Positions 51,160-60,979 of a stretch of DNA of 64,000 bases are shown one piece after another (positions within the stretch are counted from its first letter, which is position 1; the number at the start of each line of letters is the position of its first letter). A program made the translations under genes and the position numbers. This DNA is from Barthelona sp. PCE. Taxonomy: Eukaryota. The stretch is taken from NCBI GenBank assembly GCA_040285745.1, contig JAUFOR010000001.1:744001-808000 (forward strand). Direction: 5' to 3'. Under the pieces are notes generated by a model, which made no database searches, was not told where the DNA came from, and worked only from the letters and a program-made list of their open reading frames with translations.

Positions 51160-52827
51160 TTACTGCATGGAGATAACCTTCTCCTTAGTGCGATGCTGCA
51201 GCTTCTTACGTTTAGAAGATGGTAGATCAAGAACTGACTTGCGACATGCAATCTCACGTATATTGTTACTCAAGCTGTTGGAGCTGTGGGCAACCATCGA
51301 TAGCGCGCTTAGAGGGAGCCCATGGTTGACGCATAGCGCCACCTCACTGATCAAATCGGCAGAATTTTCATGACAGATAATAGCACCCACAACTTGTGAG
51401 TTATCTTCTTCAACATGCAGTTTGATAAACCCATTCGTTGAAGCCGTAGATATTGCCTTGAAACTGTGCTGGAAATCACTGACAACTGTTTCGTATTTAA
51501 CTTTATCAGTATCAAGCTCCTGCTTACTGCGACCGATAAAGGCTATCGATGGATTAACGTTGATTCTATAGACTGGATACTTTGGCACGATTGTCACTTC
51601 CTGCTTGGAGCGGGAATACTCACCAACCATGCGGGCCTGGTCGACAGCCTGAGACCAAGTTCCACGAGACTCCTGGATACAGTCACCAACGGCGAAGATA
51701 CGCTTGTTAGTGGTTCGGAAGTGCTTGGATACCTTTATGGCACGGCGGTCGTCATATTGCACGTTGGCAACATCAAGTCCGATGTTTGTGTTCGGTTCAT
51801 TGCCAGCACAGATGAGAACCTCATCACAATGAAGTTGGATGCCCATTGTAAGGTTGATAAGCTTCTCGTCATTCGTGGCTGTGATGCTTGTTGGCTCCGA
51901 ATTATTGAAGCAGTAGACACCTTGTTGACGAAGCGAATTTTCAACAAAATCACTTACAGTCCGGTCAAAATTGCTCAGAAGGTACTGCTTCTTCTCAATA
52001 ATCCAAACCTGCACGCCGAAGTTCACAAGTATTTGTGCCAGTTCGCAACCGGTTGCACCACCTCCAATTATCGCGATACGCAATGGAAGCGAAGAAAGAG
52101 ACCAGAGCGTCTCTGGAGTAATAAAGCCCGTTTCGATGAGCCCAGGGATGTCAGGAATCTTAGTTTTTGATCCCGTACAAATGAAACAGTTTTCAAACTG
52201 AATGTTTCTAGCCCCAACACGAAGGTGCTTCTTATCAGTAAAAATGCCCTCACCGCGATAAACGTGTAGGCCCCTTTCGATCATGTCACGAATGTTGTAA
52301 CGCGACACTAGTCGGTTGCGGCGTAACTTCATCTCCTTGATAGCCGAAGACCACGTGACCAAATTTTCAGCGTGTATGCCCAACATCGCGTACTGTTCAA
52401 GTCTCTTCGATACCTGGCCGAGCTCGTTCATTATGTTGGTTGGGACGGTGCTAAAAGTGAGATCAGAACCACAAACAAGATTCTTCTCGACTAGCGCGAC
52501 TTTCTTGTCGTATGCCAGGAAAAAGTCTGCCAATTCAAGACCAGCTGCACCTGCACCGATGATCACAGCGTGGTACTTGACAAGTGGCTGCTCATTATAG
52601 TCAGGAACGCTCAATACCTCAAACAGCTGTTGATCAAGTTCACAGTTCAAGTCAAGGTAAGGGTGTTGGTCCTGCTTGTACGCAGACGGGACAGGTCCGA
52701 TTGGTGGGGTTGGAATGCGGTTTTCATCATCGATAGCCGCTTGAGTTGTGGATGCCCTGATTTCAAAGCGTTTCTCCTCTAATTTAGACACTAAAAGTTA
52801 GCCCTTGCCTATAAACAAGCCCATACT
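51160..52827 (-). CDS. Class-I pyridine nucleotide-disulfide oxidoreductase homolog (MerA/Lpd-like) lacking the redox Cys pair; ATG formed by splicing (A52827 | TG)
   Basis: FAD motif IIGAGAAG, ICTGS, NAD motif IIGGGATGCE, IFAVGD, dimerisation domain. CGSDLTFSTVPT replaces GGxCxxxGCxP. Confidence 0.85.
52791..52826 (-). other. Spliceosomal intron, 36 nt, splitting the start codon
   Basis: A|GTATGG...GCTAACTTTTAG|TG TCT AAA. Confidence 0.85.
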
Positions 52828-52992
52828 ATGTGTGGAAAAATGTAAAAAGAGAGATTTCAAAATGCAAGTTACAGTTTCAGCTCAACAGTATATTCTGTTA
52901 AATTATAGTATATGTAAGCCTTTTACATGATTTCCTCCTGTCATACACATAAATTTGTCCTTGAAAAACAAACAAAATTTCAGCACTCTTTA

Positions 52993-53668
52993 CTAATCTA
53001 AGCGTAAATCAAATTCTCTAATCTCTGAACCCTCATCTGTGATAATGCACATCTCAATCTTATCTCCTGTGTGAATATCTCGTTCAGCAACAGAACCAAA
53101 TAATGTACGCATAATACTCACAGCTTCTTCCAATTCAGGCATTTCTTCGGCAGTTAAGTTGGAGAACATCTCATCCATGAGTGGAAGACACAAAAACACT
53201 CCAGATCCTTCAACTTTATACTGATGCCTAGATTTGCTACCAATAGAATCATAATCGTATAAAAATGATTCACCGTCTTGCACGCCCACGGCCATGTTGA
53301 ATGTGTAGAATGGGAAAAATCTGCGGTTATAGAGTGTGTTTGATAATAACTGTGCAAAAGCATTGGGATTAATCACCTCGTGGTTTTTTCTCTCATATTC
53401 CTTCACTCGGATCTTCAGAAGCTTTCTTAATGCAATTCTGTCAGCCAATTGGCCTCCAGAACCAAGGCAAATTTTATCTGTCAATGGAGACAGTTTTGTG
53501 ACGTTTCTAGACGGAATTGAGTATCCATCAGACATTCTTGTGTCAGCTCCAATGATAGCAAAGCCCTTTCCGACGATCGAAATAACTGTTCTAAATGTTA
53601 ATTGATGGATGCCTTAAAAGTGCGACATACCCTTTGTTATCTGTGTATGGTGAATATTCGTCAGACAT
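52993..53668 (-). CDS. PSMB1: 20S proteasome subunit beta-6 (PSMB1/Pre7), 2 exons (53631-53668, 52993-53590), 211 aa
   Basis: Spliced YSPYTDNKGTVISIVGKGFAIIGADTRMSDGYSI; LSNTLYNRRFFPFY; AERDIHTGD. Confidence 0.96.
53591..53630 (-). other. Spliceosomal intron, 40 nt (PSMB1)
   Basis: GTATGT...ATTAACATTTAG; phase-2 removal restores the conserved PYxxNxGT. Confidence 0.95.
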
Positions 53669-53949
53669 TTCTTGTGATATGGGAGAGAAACGGTTTAACA
53701 AGTTCCTTAAACCTTTTTCATCTATTCAAGAGGTTTTTCTGTTCTTTGATATACAGTTGTATTGTAAATCGTGATGAAATTGCAAATATATTCACACAAC
53801 AATTGGTGCAGGCAACCTTGGAATTGAATCCGATTATTAAGTTTTATACATTCGAATTGGTGCAAGTATAGCATGTGACATCATGTTGTTTTAAAAATTA
53901 TCCAGAATTTTATTGTCCATATCGCAAAAATATAGTTTCTCCTTTTACA

Positions 53950-56481
53950 ATGGTTGGGGATATTGTAGTGAATCCACTAGCATGGATTTACTCTCTAATA
54001 GAACGGGTGGGGCCCGATATACTTCAAACAGGTGATCCAGAACTTTTTCAAAACCTTTTTGTGCATTTGTGTCAAATGGATGACAAATTCGAACATTTTT
54101 TTTCGAAAATGGGGTCAACGTTTATGAGAGATGTTATGGAATTGAAGAAAGACCACAAAAATAAGTCTTCCAACGTTTTATATTCAAATCCTCAAATTGA
54201 AGAGCTTAATACAGATATACTTCATGCTTTTTCGACCATTTTATCAATGGCCCTTCAGGAGGACGAAAATGACTTACACATTACTATATGCATCATTTTA
54301 GATCATTTTTCCAGTCACATAAATCTTAAATGCCTTGATTTTTTCACAGATGAGTACTGTCAATTCGTAGTATGCTATAATCTAATTCTGATGGCTGACA
54401 AACATTACTTTATACCACAAAAAGTTTTTTCCTTCTTGCCACCTAAAAAAGGTGAACTTCCATCATATAATTTACCAAATTCCAAGACGTTCAACGAACT
54501 GAACGAGAAAAAGATGGGTCATAACATGAATATATTGGCATTTCTTCTTGATTTCTTAAAATCAAAAAACTATCGACTTTCAATTCATGAACAATGGTTA
54601 AAATCGTTAGTTGTTGGTCTTAACAACATTCTTGGAGACAAAAAGCAAGTTTCTCCTGAGTGGATTACAGAAATCATTACTACCTTAATAGAGAAGCAGG
54701 GGATAGTGTTGGTTGAAAGAATGAATATGTTTTCTAGTGTTAATTTGAGAAGAAAAGCGTTCAATTCAACAGCTTCTAAACCGCAATCATCCAACAAGTA
54801 CGCTAAGAAAGTCTCTGCGACAAGGGAATTTTCTCCTTCACCAATACAGTTTTTACCAAGTGTTCCATTTACTCCGAAACAAAATAATCAGCAGACTACT
54901 CCAGCTCCTGACGTTGAGAGGATACCACGTACTTCATTAGCGCTTTTTTTTTCAGAGTTTTTGGATAAAGAAATTGCTTTGTGTGGAGATATAGCATCTT
55001 TTTGTGTCCCTCACCCTGAATCAATTCCAGGATTTGAACTTTTCATGATGCAAACACTTATATCTAAAGTTCGTGATACGGTGGCTGGCGTTTCCACTAT
55101 GTTACCTTTCAAAAACGGAATACTCTATGTTAATTTAGTGTTACTCAGCGCTATAAACTGCATATTTGGCCTTGTTCCCATCTTTCCGAAAAAGGATGGG
55201 GAGCTGAGCAACATAATCATCACAATCAAGTATTTAGAGAATTTTCTTCAACAACTCAATCACTGTCTCGTTGCTATAGATAATGAGCACACCGTTTTTC
55301 TGGTTATCAGCTGTTTTATAAGCCTTTGGAAGTATATTCCTGATTGCCTTTTACCTACTTTTGAAGAATTCATAAATTCCATATCTTCATTGATTACGAT
55401 TATGAGTTTTATAAGTTACTTTAACTTATGTTTTTATATGGAAGATATCAATATTGTATTAAGTTTTACTAAATCCAATGAACGCAACGACAGCGATAAG
55501 GAATATGATGCATTTTTTTTGCAACATATTAACAATATTCACTATATAAGACTTTTTTCACCTGCACTTTTTGCGTTGAAACAGTCATATGATACACTAT
55601 TTCAGAAGAATTCTGTTGAAGCCACTATATCTTCAAGTGAAAATCAGCAAAAAAAGAAGAAACGTAAAGTACTTGTTTTAAAAAAAAAGGAGAAGAATGA
55701 AAAGCAAATCTTTTCTCCTCAGAAGATTCCAGTTACTAAATCTGTTTATAATAGTATATTGCATGTGTTCAGTCAGGAAAAACAAGACCTATTATATCGG
55801 ATAATAGATAGCTTCATGCTGGAAAAAAGGGAAGAGTGGTCTTTCGTTGTAATTGATGATATTTGTGAACGGTATATGGCTGTAGTAACTGCCATGTTCC
55901 CTTTAGAGCCTCGCTCCGTACTCCTCTTTTCAAAGACACAACTATTTGAGCTACTGAAGGAAAGAATTCCAAAATCAAAACCAATAATCAGGAATGATCA
56001 AAAAAGAATTTTTCATTCTTCTTTTGGTGAATACATTTCAAGCATAGACAGGTGCATTGCTCTCATACACGACTCAGATGTGAGGTCAATACATAGAGCA
56101 ATGACTGTATTGTGTGAGCTCATTTCGAAAGGTAATGAGATACTACCACAAGGCATACTAACCAGTATACAGAGCTTAAACCATTTCCTAAAGATCATGG
56201 TCTCGCTAATTGTTGTTCTTTCCATGAAAGATCTTGATGCTGACATTTTTGAACAAATTTCTGTAGTGTTTGAATTGATTTTTGAGTTTTTTATGAAATC
56301 ATATGATATAGAATCCATAGAGCTTAAACAAAGCATCACTTTATTAACACTAAGATGTATACGTCACAAAAAAATATTTCCCTTCGAAAAACGTAAAAAA
56401 GCATGCATAACGATTTTAAACTTATTTTTAACTTGGTTCAAAATGGATACCTGGTTTGAACAAATCACTGTAAAAGCTTAA
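53950..56481 (+). CDS. Hypothetical helical protein (~843 aa)
   Basis: 2.5-kb ORF, first ATG at 53950; poly-K NLS-like stretch; stop overlaps the convergent gene. Confidence 0.72.
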   Translation: MVGDIVVNPLAWIYSLIERVGPDILQTGDPELFQNLFVHLCQMDDKFEHFFSKMGSTFMRDVMELKKDHKNKSSNVLYSNPQIEELNTDILHAFSTILSMALQEDENDLHITICIILDHFSSHINLKCLDFFTDEYCQFVVCYNLILMADKHYFIPQKVFSFLPPKKGELPSYNLPNSKTFNELNEKKMGHNMNILAFLLDFLKSKNYRLSIHEQWLKSLVVGLNNILGDKKQVSPEWITEIITTLIEKQGIVLVERMNMFSSVNLRRKAFNSTASKPQSSNKYAKKVSATREFSPSPIQFLPSVPFTPKQNNQQTTPAPDVERIPRTSLALFFSEFLDKEIALCGDIASFCVPHPESIPGFELFMMQTLISKVRDTVAGVSTMLPFKNGILYVNLVLLSAINCIFGLVPIFPKKDGELSNIIITIKYLENFLQQLNHCLVAIDNEHTVFLVISCFISLWKYIPDCLLPTFEEFINSISSLITIMSFISYFNLCFYMEDINIVLSFTKSNERNDSDKEYDAFFLQHINNIHYIRLFSPALFALKQSYDTLFQKNSVEATISSSENQQKKKKRKVLVLKKKEKNEKQIFSPQKIPVTKSVYNSILHVFSQEKQDLLYRIIDSFMLEKREEWSFVVIDDICERYMAVVTAMFPLEPRSVLLFSKTQLFELLKERIPKSKPIIRNDQKRIFHSSFGEYISSIDRCIALIHDSDVRSIHRAMTVLCELISKGNEILPQGILTSIQSLNHFLKIMVSLIVVLSMKDLDADIFEQISVVFELIFEFFMKSYDIESIELKQSITLLTLRCIRHKKIFPFEKRKKACITILNLFLTWFKMDTWFEQITVKA

Positions 56482-57176
56482 ATGATCTCTTCTAATTCAA
56501 TAGCATCAGTTATTATTCTTGTTCTCTCAACACTTGCAGAAACAGGCTCTTCATCTCTAGTTGTAACCATATTACCTCCTAAAACCTGCCTGCCTTTATC
56601 GCGGTTGAGAACGTGCTTATTAAATGAGTACGCTAAATAAAATATACTAATCATAGACGTGAACATAGTAAGCACAATTGTTACTGAATCTTTAGTGTGA
56701 TCACGCTCACGTACGTATTCGTAGTACAAAACAACGTGCATGTTATCCTTTGTGAGGAGGTTTTCCTCTGTGTAGTGGTATGTAGGGATATATTTAACTT
56801 TTGTGACAACATCATCAAAAACGTTCATGATAATGGAGATACTAGTTAGAGTCTTAACTGCATCCCCTGGGCGCTCATGCCCGTCAAACAGCTGGAAGGG
56901 CTTTGAACGACGACCGTCAACCTTCATAATTATCTTAAACATGTTGTCGCTGAAATGTTCAGACATGTGATCAACTGCATCAAAATAATGTGTAAGGGGC
57001 AACAGAGTTTCACTGTTCTCCTTGAAACGGGGCAGTAAAGCACGATTGAGGCTACGAGTAAGAACACCTTTCTCAAAATTAACTTGCATCTCAAATTCAA
57101 CTGGAATGATTGATCCCTTTTGGTGTGCAGATGCCCATGAAAGCAGTATCAATGTGCAAAAAAGGAAAACGTGCAT
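56478..57176 (-). CDS. Small type I membrane protein of unknown function
   Basis: Signal peptide MHVFLFCTLILLSWASA and TM VTIVLTMFTSMISIFYLAYSF. Confidence 0.75.
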   Translation of the reverse strand: MHVFLFCTLILLSWASAHQKGSIIPVEFEMQVNFEKGVLTRSLNRALLPRFKENSETLLPLTHYFDAVDHMSEHFSDNMFKIIMKVDGRRSKPFQLFDGHERPGDAVKTLTSISIIMNVFDDVVTKVKYIPTYHYTEENLLTKDNMHVVLYYEYVRERDHTKDSVTIVLTMFTSMISIFYLAYSFNKHVLNRDKGRQVLGGNMVTTRDEEPVSASVERTRIITDAIELEEII

Positions 57177-57461
57177 GATAGGCAATAGAAATGTGTAACA
57201 AGCTCATTCTACTTAATTTGACATCGAAAAAGTATAAACGGTATTTAAAATAGTTTTTACTCCACGCCATTCATCTCGATTAGTACAAAACCATCATGAT
57301 ATCACTATTTAAAAAAATAGGCTCATTATTTCCAAACTTAGGAATATATTGGACTAATTGACGCGCATTGATACATTAGCCGGTTTTCAACAATGCAATT
57401 CCATGAAAAACGGAACATTTCGCCTTTGTTTAACCTTTTTTACCATTTCAAATCATTCTAT

Positions 57462-60400
57462 ATGAGTGTGAAAGAGAACATAAGGGTCATAGCGCGCATT
57501 AGGCCAGAGCTGGAGTACGAAAAAGCTATGGGAGGACATTCCATTGTGGAAATCTTGGATAACAAGAGTTGTAGGTACCCCCGAAACAAGACAACAGACT
57601 TTGATTGGACTGCAGACCGTGTGTTTTCACCTGAAACAGAACAAAATACAGTTTTTGAGGAGGTTGCAATCCCTGCTTTAGAACATGTCATCAACGGTTT
57701 TAATTCAACTATTGTATGTTATGGGTCCACGGCTGCTGGCAAGACATATACGATGATTGGGTCTGAGCACGAAGAAATTGATGGAGAAGGCATCATGCCC
57801 CGCTGTTTTAATTATCTCTTTACAAAATTGAATAATTCTGATGAATATGAGGTCACGATAGCAGTGAGGTTCATAGAGCTATACCTTTATGGTATCAGAG
57901 ATCTTCTGAATCCAAACGCTGAGAAAAAACTGAAGATAAGACAACACGTTGATGGAACGCCATTCGTTTCAAACTCCCGTAGTATCGTTCTTAGAAACGC
58001 CGAACACTCAAAGAACGTGCTGCGCAAGGCTGCAAGACAACGCGTCAGTGCAGAAACTCGTGTCAATGCGGATAGTTCTCGTTCTAACGCAATTATGTTT
58101 GTTGAGATAACACAAACATCATTGATAAACGCATCAAAAACCGTAAGCAAGCTATGCCTCGTTGACCTGGCAGGCTCCGAGCGGCTCAGCAAAACTCATG
58201 CTACTGGAATAACCCTGAAAGAAGCACAGAGAATTGGTCTCAGTCTCAATGGTTTTGGTCGAGTCATCCACATTCTTTCATCTGAGGCATACAAGCGCGA
58301 CAAAAAGAAGGTACACGTGCCGTATCGGTCAACGAGTCTTACACATATCCTCAGCGATTCATTGGGAGGCAATTCAAAAACTACAATTATATGTTGCATA
58401 TCTCCTTCCTCGTATGAGATCAACCAGACCGTATCCACGCTCAGATTCGGTACGCGTGCATCGCACGTCACTAATAACGCTGTGAAGAATGTACAGCTAT
58501 TGCCAGGAGAGATGAAGGCAAAATTAGAAAGCGCGTATGACGAGATTAATAGATTACGCCAGTTACTCTTGGAGAAAACAGGCAGGCAGGACCGCGCATC
58601 ACTTGCTCAGCCAACCACAGTCGTCCAACAGGTCAATGAGGTTGATGAATTACAGCAAGCAGCACTGGATTTTTATGACAGTTTGTTTGGTTTATCTTCA
58701 TCTGTCACAATAGATGACACACAGTTCAAGAATGCAATGCTGCCTTTTGTGCACGTTTTGTCGAATACAATACAGAAGCACATCGGTATTAAATTTGAAG
58801 ATCTGGTAGAGGGTGAAGCACAAGTTGTTGACAGTGTTGTATTCTACAGCTTTGCCAGGCAGCTTGCCATTGTAGGAGCAAACCTTGCGCTGTTTTTCTT
58901 GTTACAGTTGACAGACACGTGGGATCTTGACCCGACCGTAGGACTTGACGATGAGGGGATTACTATTCTTCATGTTTTAGCCGAACACGCGTTTACCCCT
59001 GCTATCCGCGAGGTTTTGAAAAGGTTTACACGCGAAACAGTGAATATCAAAACAAAACATGGTAGAACAGCCCTGTTTTCTGCCGTCTCGTCACAATCGC
59101 TCGAAGTTGTTGGTATGTTGCTCGAACATGGTGCAGAGGCCAATATGTTAATCAAGAATAATGAAACACCACTTCAGATTGCGTACTTTTACCGCAATAT
59201 TCAACTAATGTCTCTATTAATATTAGAAGGAAGTGCAAAGCCGACAAAGCGCTTGCTACATATGTCTGTCGCTGATGGAGAGCTGGAAATAACAAAAATG
59301 CTTATTTCTAGTGTTGAAACAAGCAACCTATCTCATCCATTTTGCAACCCGAGCGATATGGAGTTAGACACTACAACTGTGTGTCACACAGCGGTTGTGT
59401 CAAACCAGGCTGAACTTTTCGCGTATTTACTCAGCAGAGGTTTCGATGCACCTGCCCCTTATACGTGCATTTTCCCATCAATTGATAACTTAATTGTTTT
59501 AATCAAGCATCTAAACCGCGTAGACCAGCTGCCATTGCTGTATGCCGTCGACACCAATGGCCTTACCGTGATGGAACGCTGCATTGATCTGGATTTGCAC
59601 AAACACCTAGACTTGCTTGTTAACTTCATTGACGTAAATAAGAGACTCAAGTCTGATCTAACACTTTTCCAGCGCGCGCTGCTCATGAACGCCACAAATT
59701 GCTTGGAGCTTTTGTTTAAGAACTCAATTGATTTATCCGATATTGAAAACTGGCAGTTGTTCCCCTTCCCCTGTCATTCGCTGAGTGATGTGCTCATATA
59801 TGCGGTATTCAACGGTAATGATACTCTGGTCGATATCCTGCTAAATCAGGGTGCATTGGTCGACATTAACGCCTCAGTCGTTGGTTGGACATGTCTTTGC
59901 GCTGCTGTTGCTACGTATAATGTTCCCCTTTTGGAGTTATTGCTTGAAAGGGGCGCAAAGCCTAATTCTTATTGCACTTTTGGTGATCGCCAATACAATG
60001 CTTTGGAACTTGCAGTTCTTTTCAATACAGAAGCATCTGAAAAAATAATTGATGTACTCCTCAAGCATAACCCTATGGTCACACCCTTCAGCCTGGTGTG
60101 TGCAGTAAGATGCAGAAATGTAACGCTCTGCCAAGTTCTCAGCGAGAAAATTCACCCTCTTGCTAGATATAACGGACTGTCTCCCCTCCAATACGCACTT
60201 ATCTTCAATTTTGACTTCTTCCTTAAATATCTAGTGATGCTTGGAAGCCGTGACACTGACATTCAGCGTGAAATGAAAAATCAAGTGATTGAGGTTATGG
60301 GACTGTACAAGTTAAAGGACGAAATACTTTCGATACTGGGAGGATTTGATCTCCAGATGACAGAAGAGCAGTTCGTAGAGGCTCTTCTTATGGGTAATTT

Positions 60401-60947
60401 GGTGCTATCTCGTGATATAGATTTTTCTTTCTCTTTCATCGAAAGTTTCATTGCAAATGGGCGTGACGATATCATATTCCGCATATTGGACGACCACGTC
60501 ATCAATAAGAACATTAAACAAATGATATTGGAACACAGCATTTGCTGTAACAGGAAGCGTGTTGTTAGACACATTTTGGATAAGGGTAGCAACGATCTCA
60601 CCGGACTCATGCACCATGCGGTGTTAAGTAACGATGTCTCAATGTTGGAGCTGATCATCGAGGCTGGTACTTCAGTGTCCGACCTCAACAGTGAAAGTGT
60701 TTCACCGATTGCCTTATGCATACATGAAGGGTTTGTCGACGGCCTGGCGCTACTGCTGAAACACACTGCCCAGTGTTCATTCGAAGATATTGTATTATGT
60801 GTTTGTTTAGATGAGTTGGAGATGTTTTCGATGCTTCTAGCTCAAATTGATCACTCTACTGCTTCACTCAAAAGACTTTATGATCTGTGTGCGCTGCAGG
60901 AAAGAAAAGAAATGGGTTTTCTTGTTCACAAACAGTTTAAATCTTAA
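57462..60947 (+). CDS. N-terminal kinesin motor fused to ankyrin repeats
   Basis: NIRVIARIRP, GSTAAGKTYTM, SSRSNA, LVDLAGSE, HVPYR, LSDSLGGNSKT; then GRTALFSAV, ETPLQIA, GWTCLCAAV, GLSPLQYA ankyrin motifs. Confidence 0.92.
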   Translation: MSVKENIRVIARIRPELEYEKAMGGHSIVEILDNKSCRYPRNKTTDFDWTADRVFSPETEQNTVFEEVAIPALEHVINGFNSTIVCYGSTAAGKTYTMIGSEHEEIDGEGIMPRCFNYLFTKLNNSDEYEVTIAVRFIELYLYGIRDLLNPNAEKKLKIRQHVDGTPFVSNSRSIVLRNAEHSKNVLRKAARQRVSAETRVNADSSRSNAIMFVEITQTSLINASKTVSKLCLVDLAGSERLSKTHATGITLKEAQRIGLSLNGFGRVIHILSSEAYKRDKKKVHVPYRSTSLTHILSDSLGGNSKTTIICCISPSSYEINQTVSTLRFGTRASHVTNNAVKNVQLLPGEMKAKLESAYDEINRLRQLLLEKTGRQDRASLAQPTTVVQQVNEVDELQQAALDFYDSLFGLSSSVTIDDTQFKNAMLPFVHVLSNTIQKHIGIKFEDLVEGEAQVVDSVVFYSFARQLAIVGANLALFFLLQLTDTWDLDPTVGLDDEGITILHVLAEHAFTPAIREVLKRFTRETVNIKTKHGRTALFSAVSSQSLEVVGMLLEHGAEANMLIKNNETPLQIAYFYRNIQLMSLLILEGSAKPTKRLLHMSVADGELEITKMLISSVETSNLSHPFCNPSDMELDTTTVCHTAVVSNQAELFAYLLSRGFDAPAPYTCIFPSIDNLIVLIKHLNRVDQLPLLYAVDTNGLTVMERCIDLDLHKHLDLLVNFIDVNKRLKSDLTLFQRALLMNATNCLELLFKNSIDLSDIENWQLFPFPCHSLSDVLIYAVFNGNDTLVDILLNQGALVDINASVVGWTCLCAAVATYNVPLLELLLERGAKPNSYCTFGDRQYNALELAVLFNTEASEKIIDVLLKHNPMVTPFSLVCAVRCRNVTLCQVLSEKIHPLARYNGLSPLQYALIFNFDFFLKYLVMLGSRDTDIQREMKNQVIEVMGLYKLKDEILSILGGFDLQMTEEQFVEALLMGNLVLSRDIDFSFSFIESFIANGRDDIIFRILDDHVINKNIKQMILEHSICCNRKRVVRHILDKGSNDLTGLMHHAVLSNDVSMLELIIEAGTSVSDLNSESVSPIALCIHEGFVDGLALLLKHTAQCSFEDIVLCVCLDELEMFSMLLAQIDHSTASLKRLYDLCALQERKEMGFLVHKQFKS

Positions 60948-60979
60948 AAAAAAATTCAAGATGTTCTCATTCACACAAT

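Noticed and set aside
52911-52970. U5 snRNA candidate (GCCTTTTAC loop-1 sequence plus AATTTG)
   Set aside because: The flanks do not close the 11-nt loop; ATGTAA pairs with TTACAT inside the motif instead, and the Sm-like site is weak.
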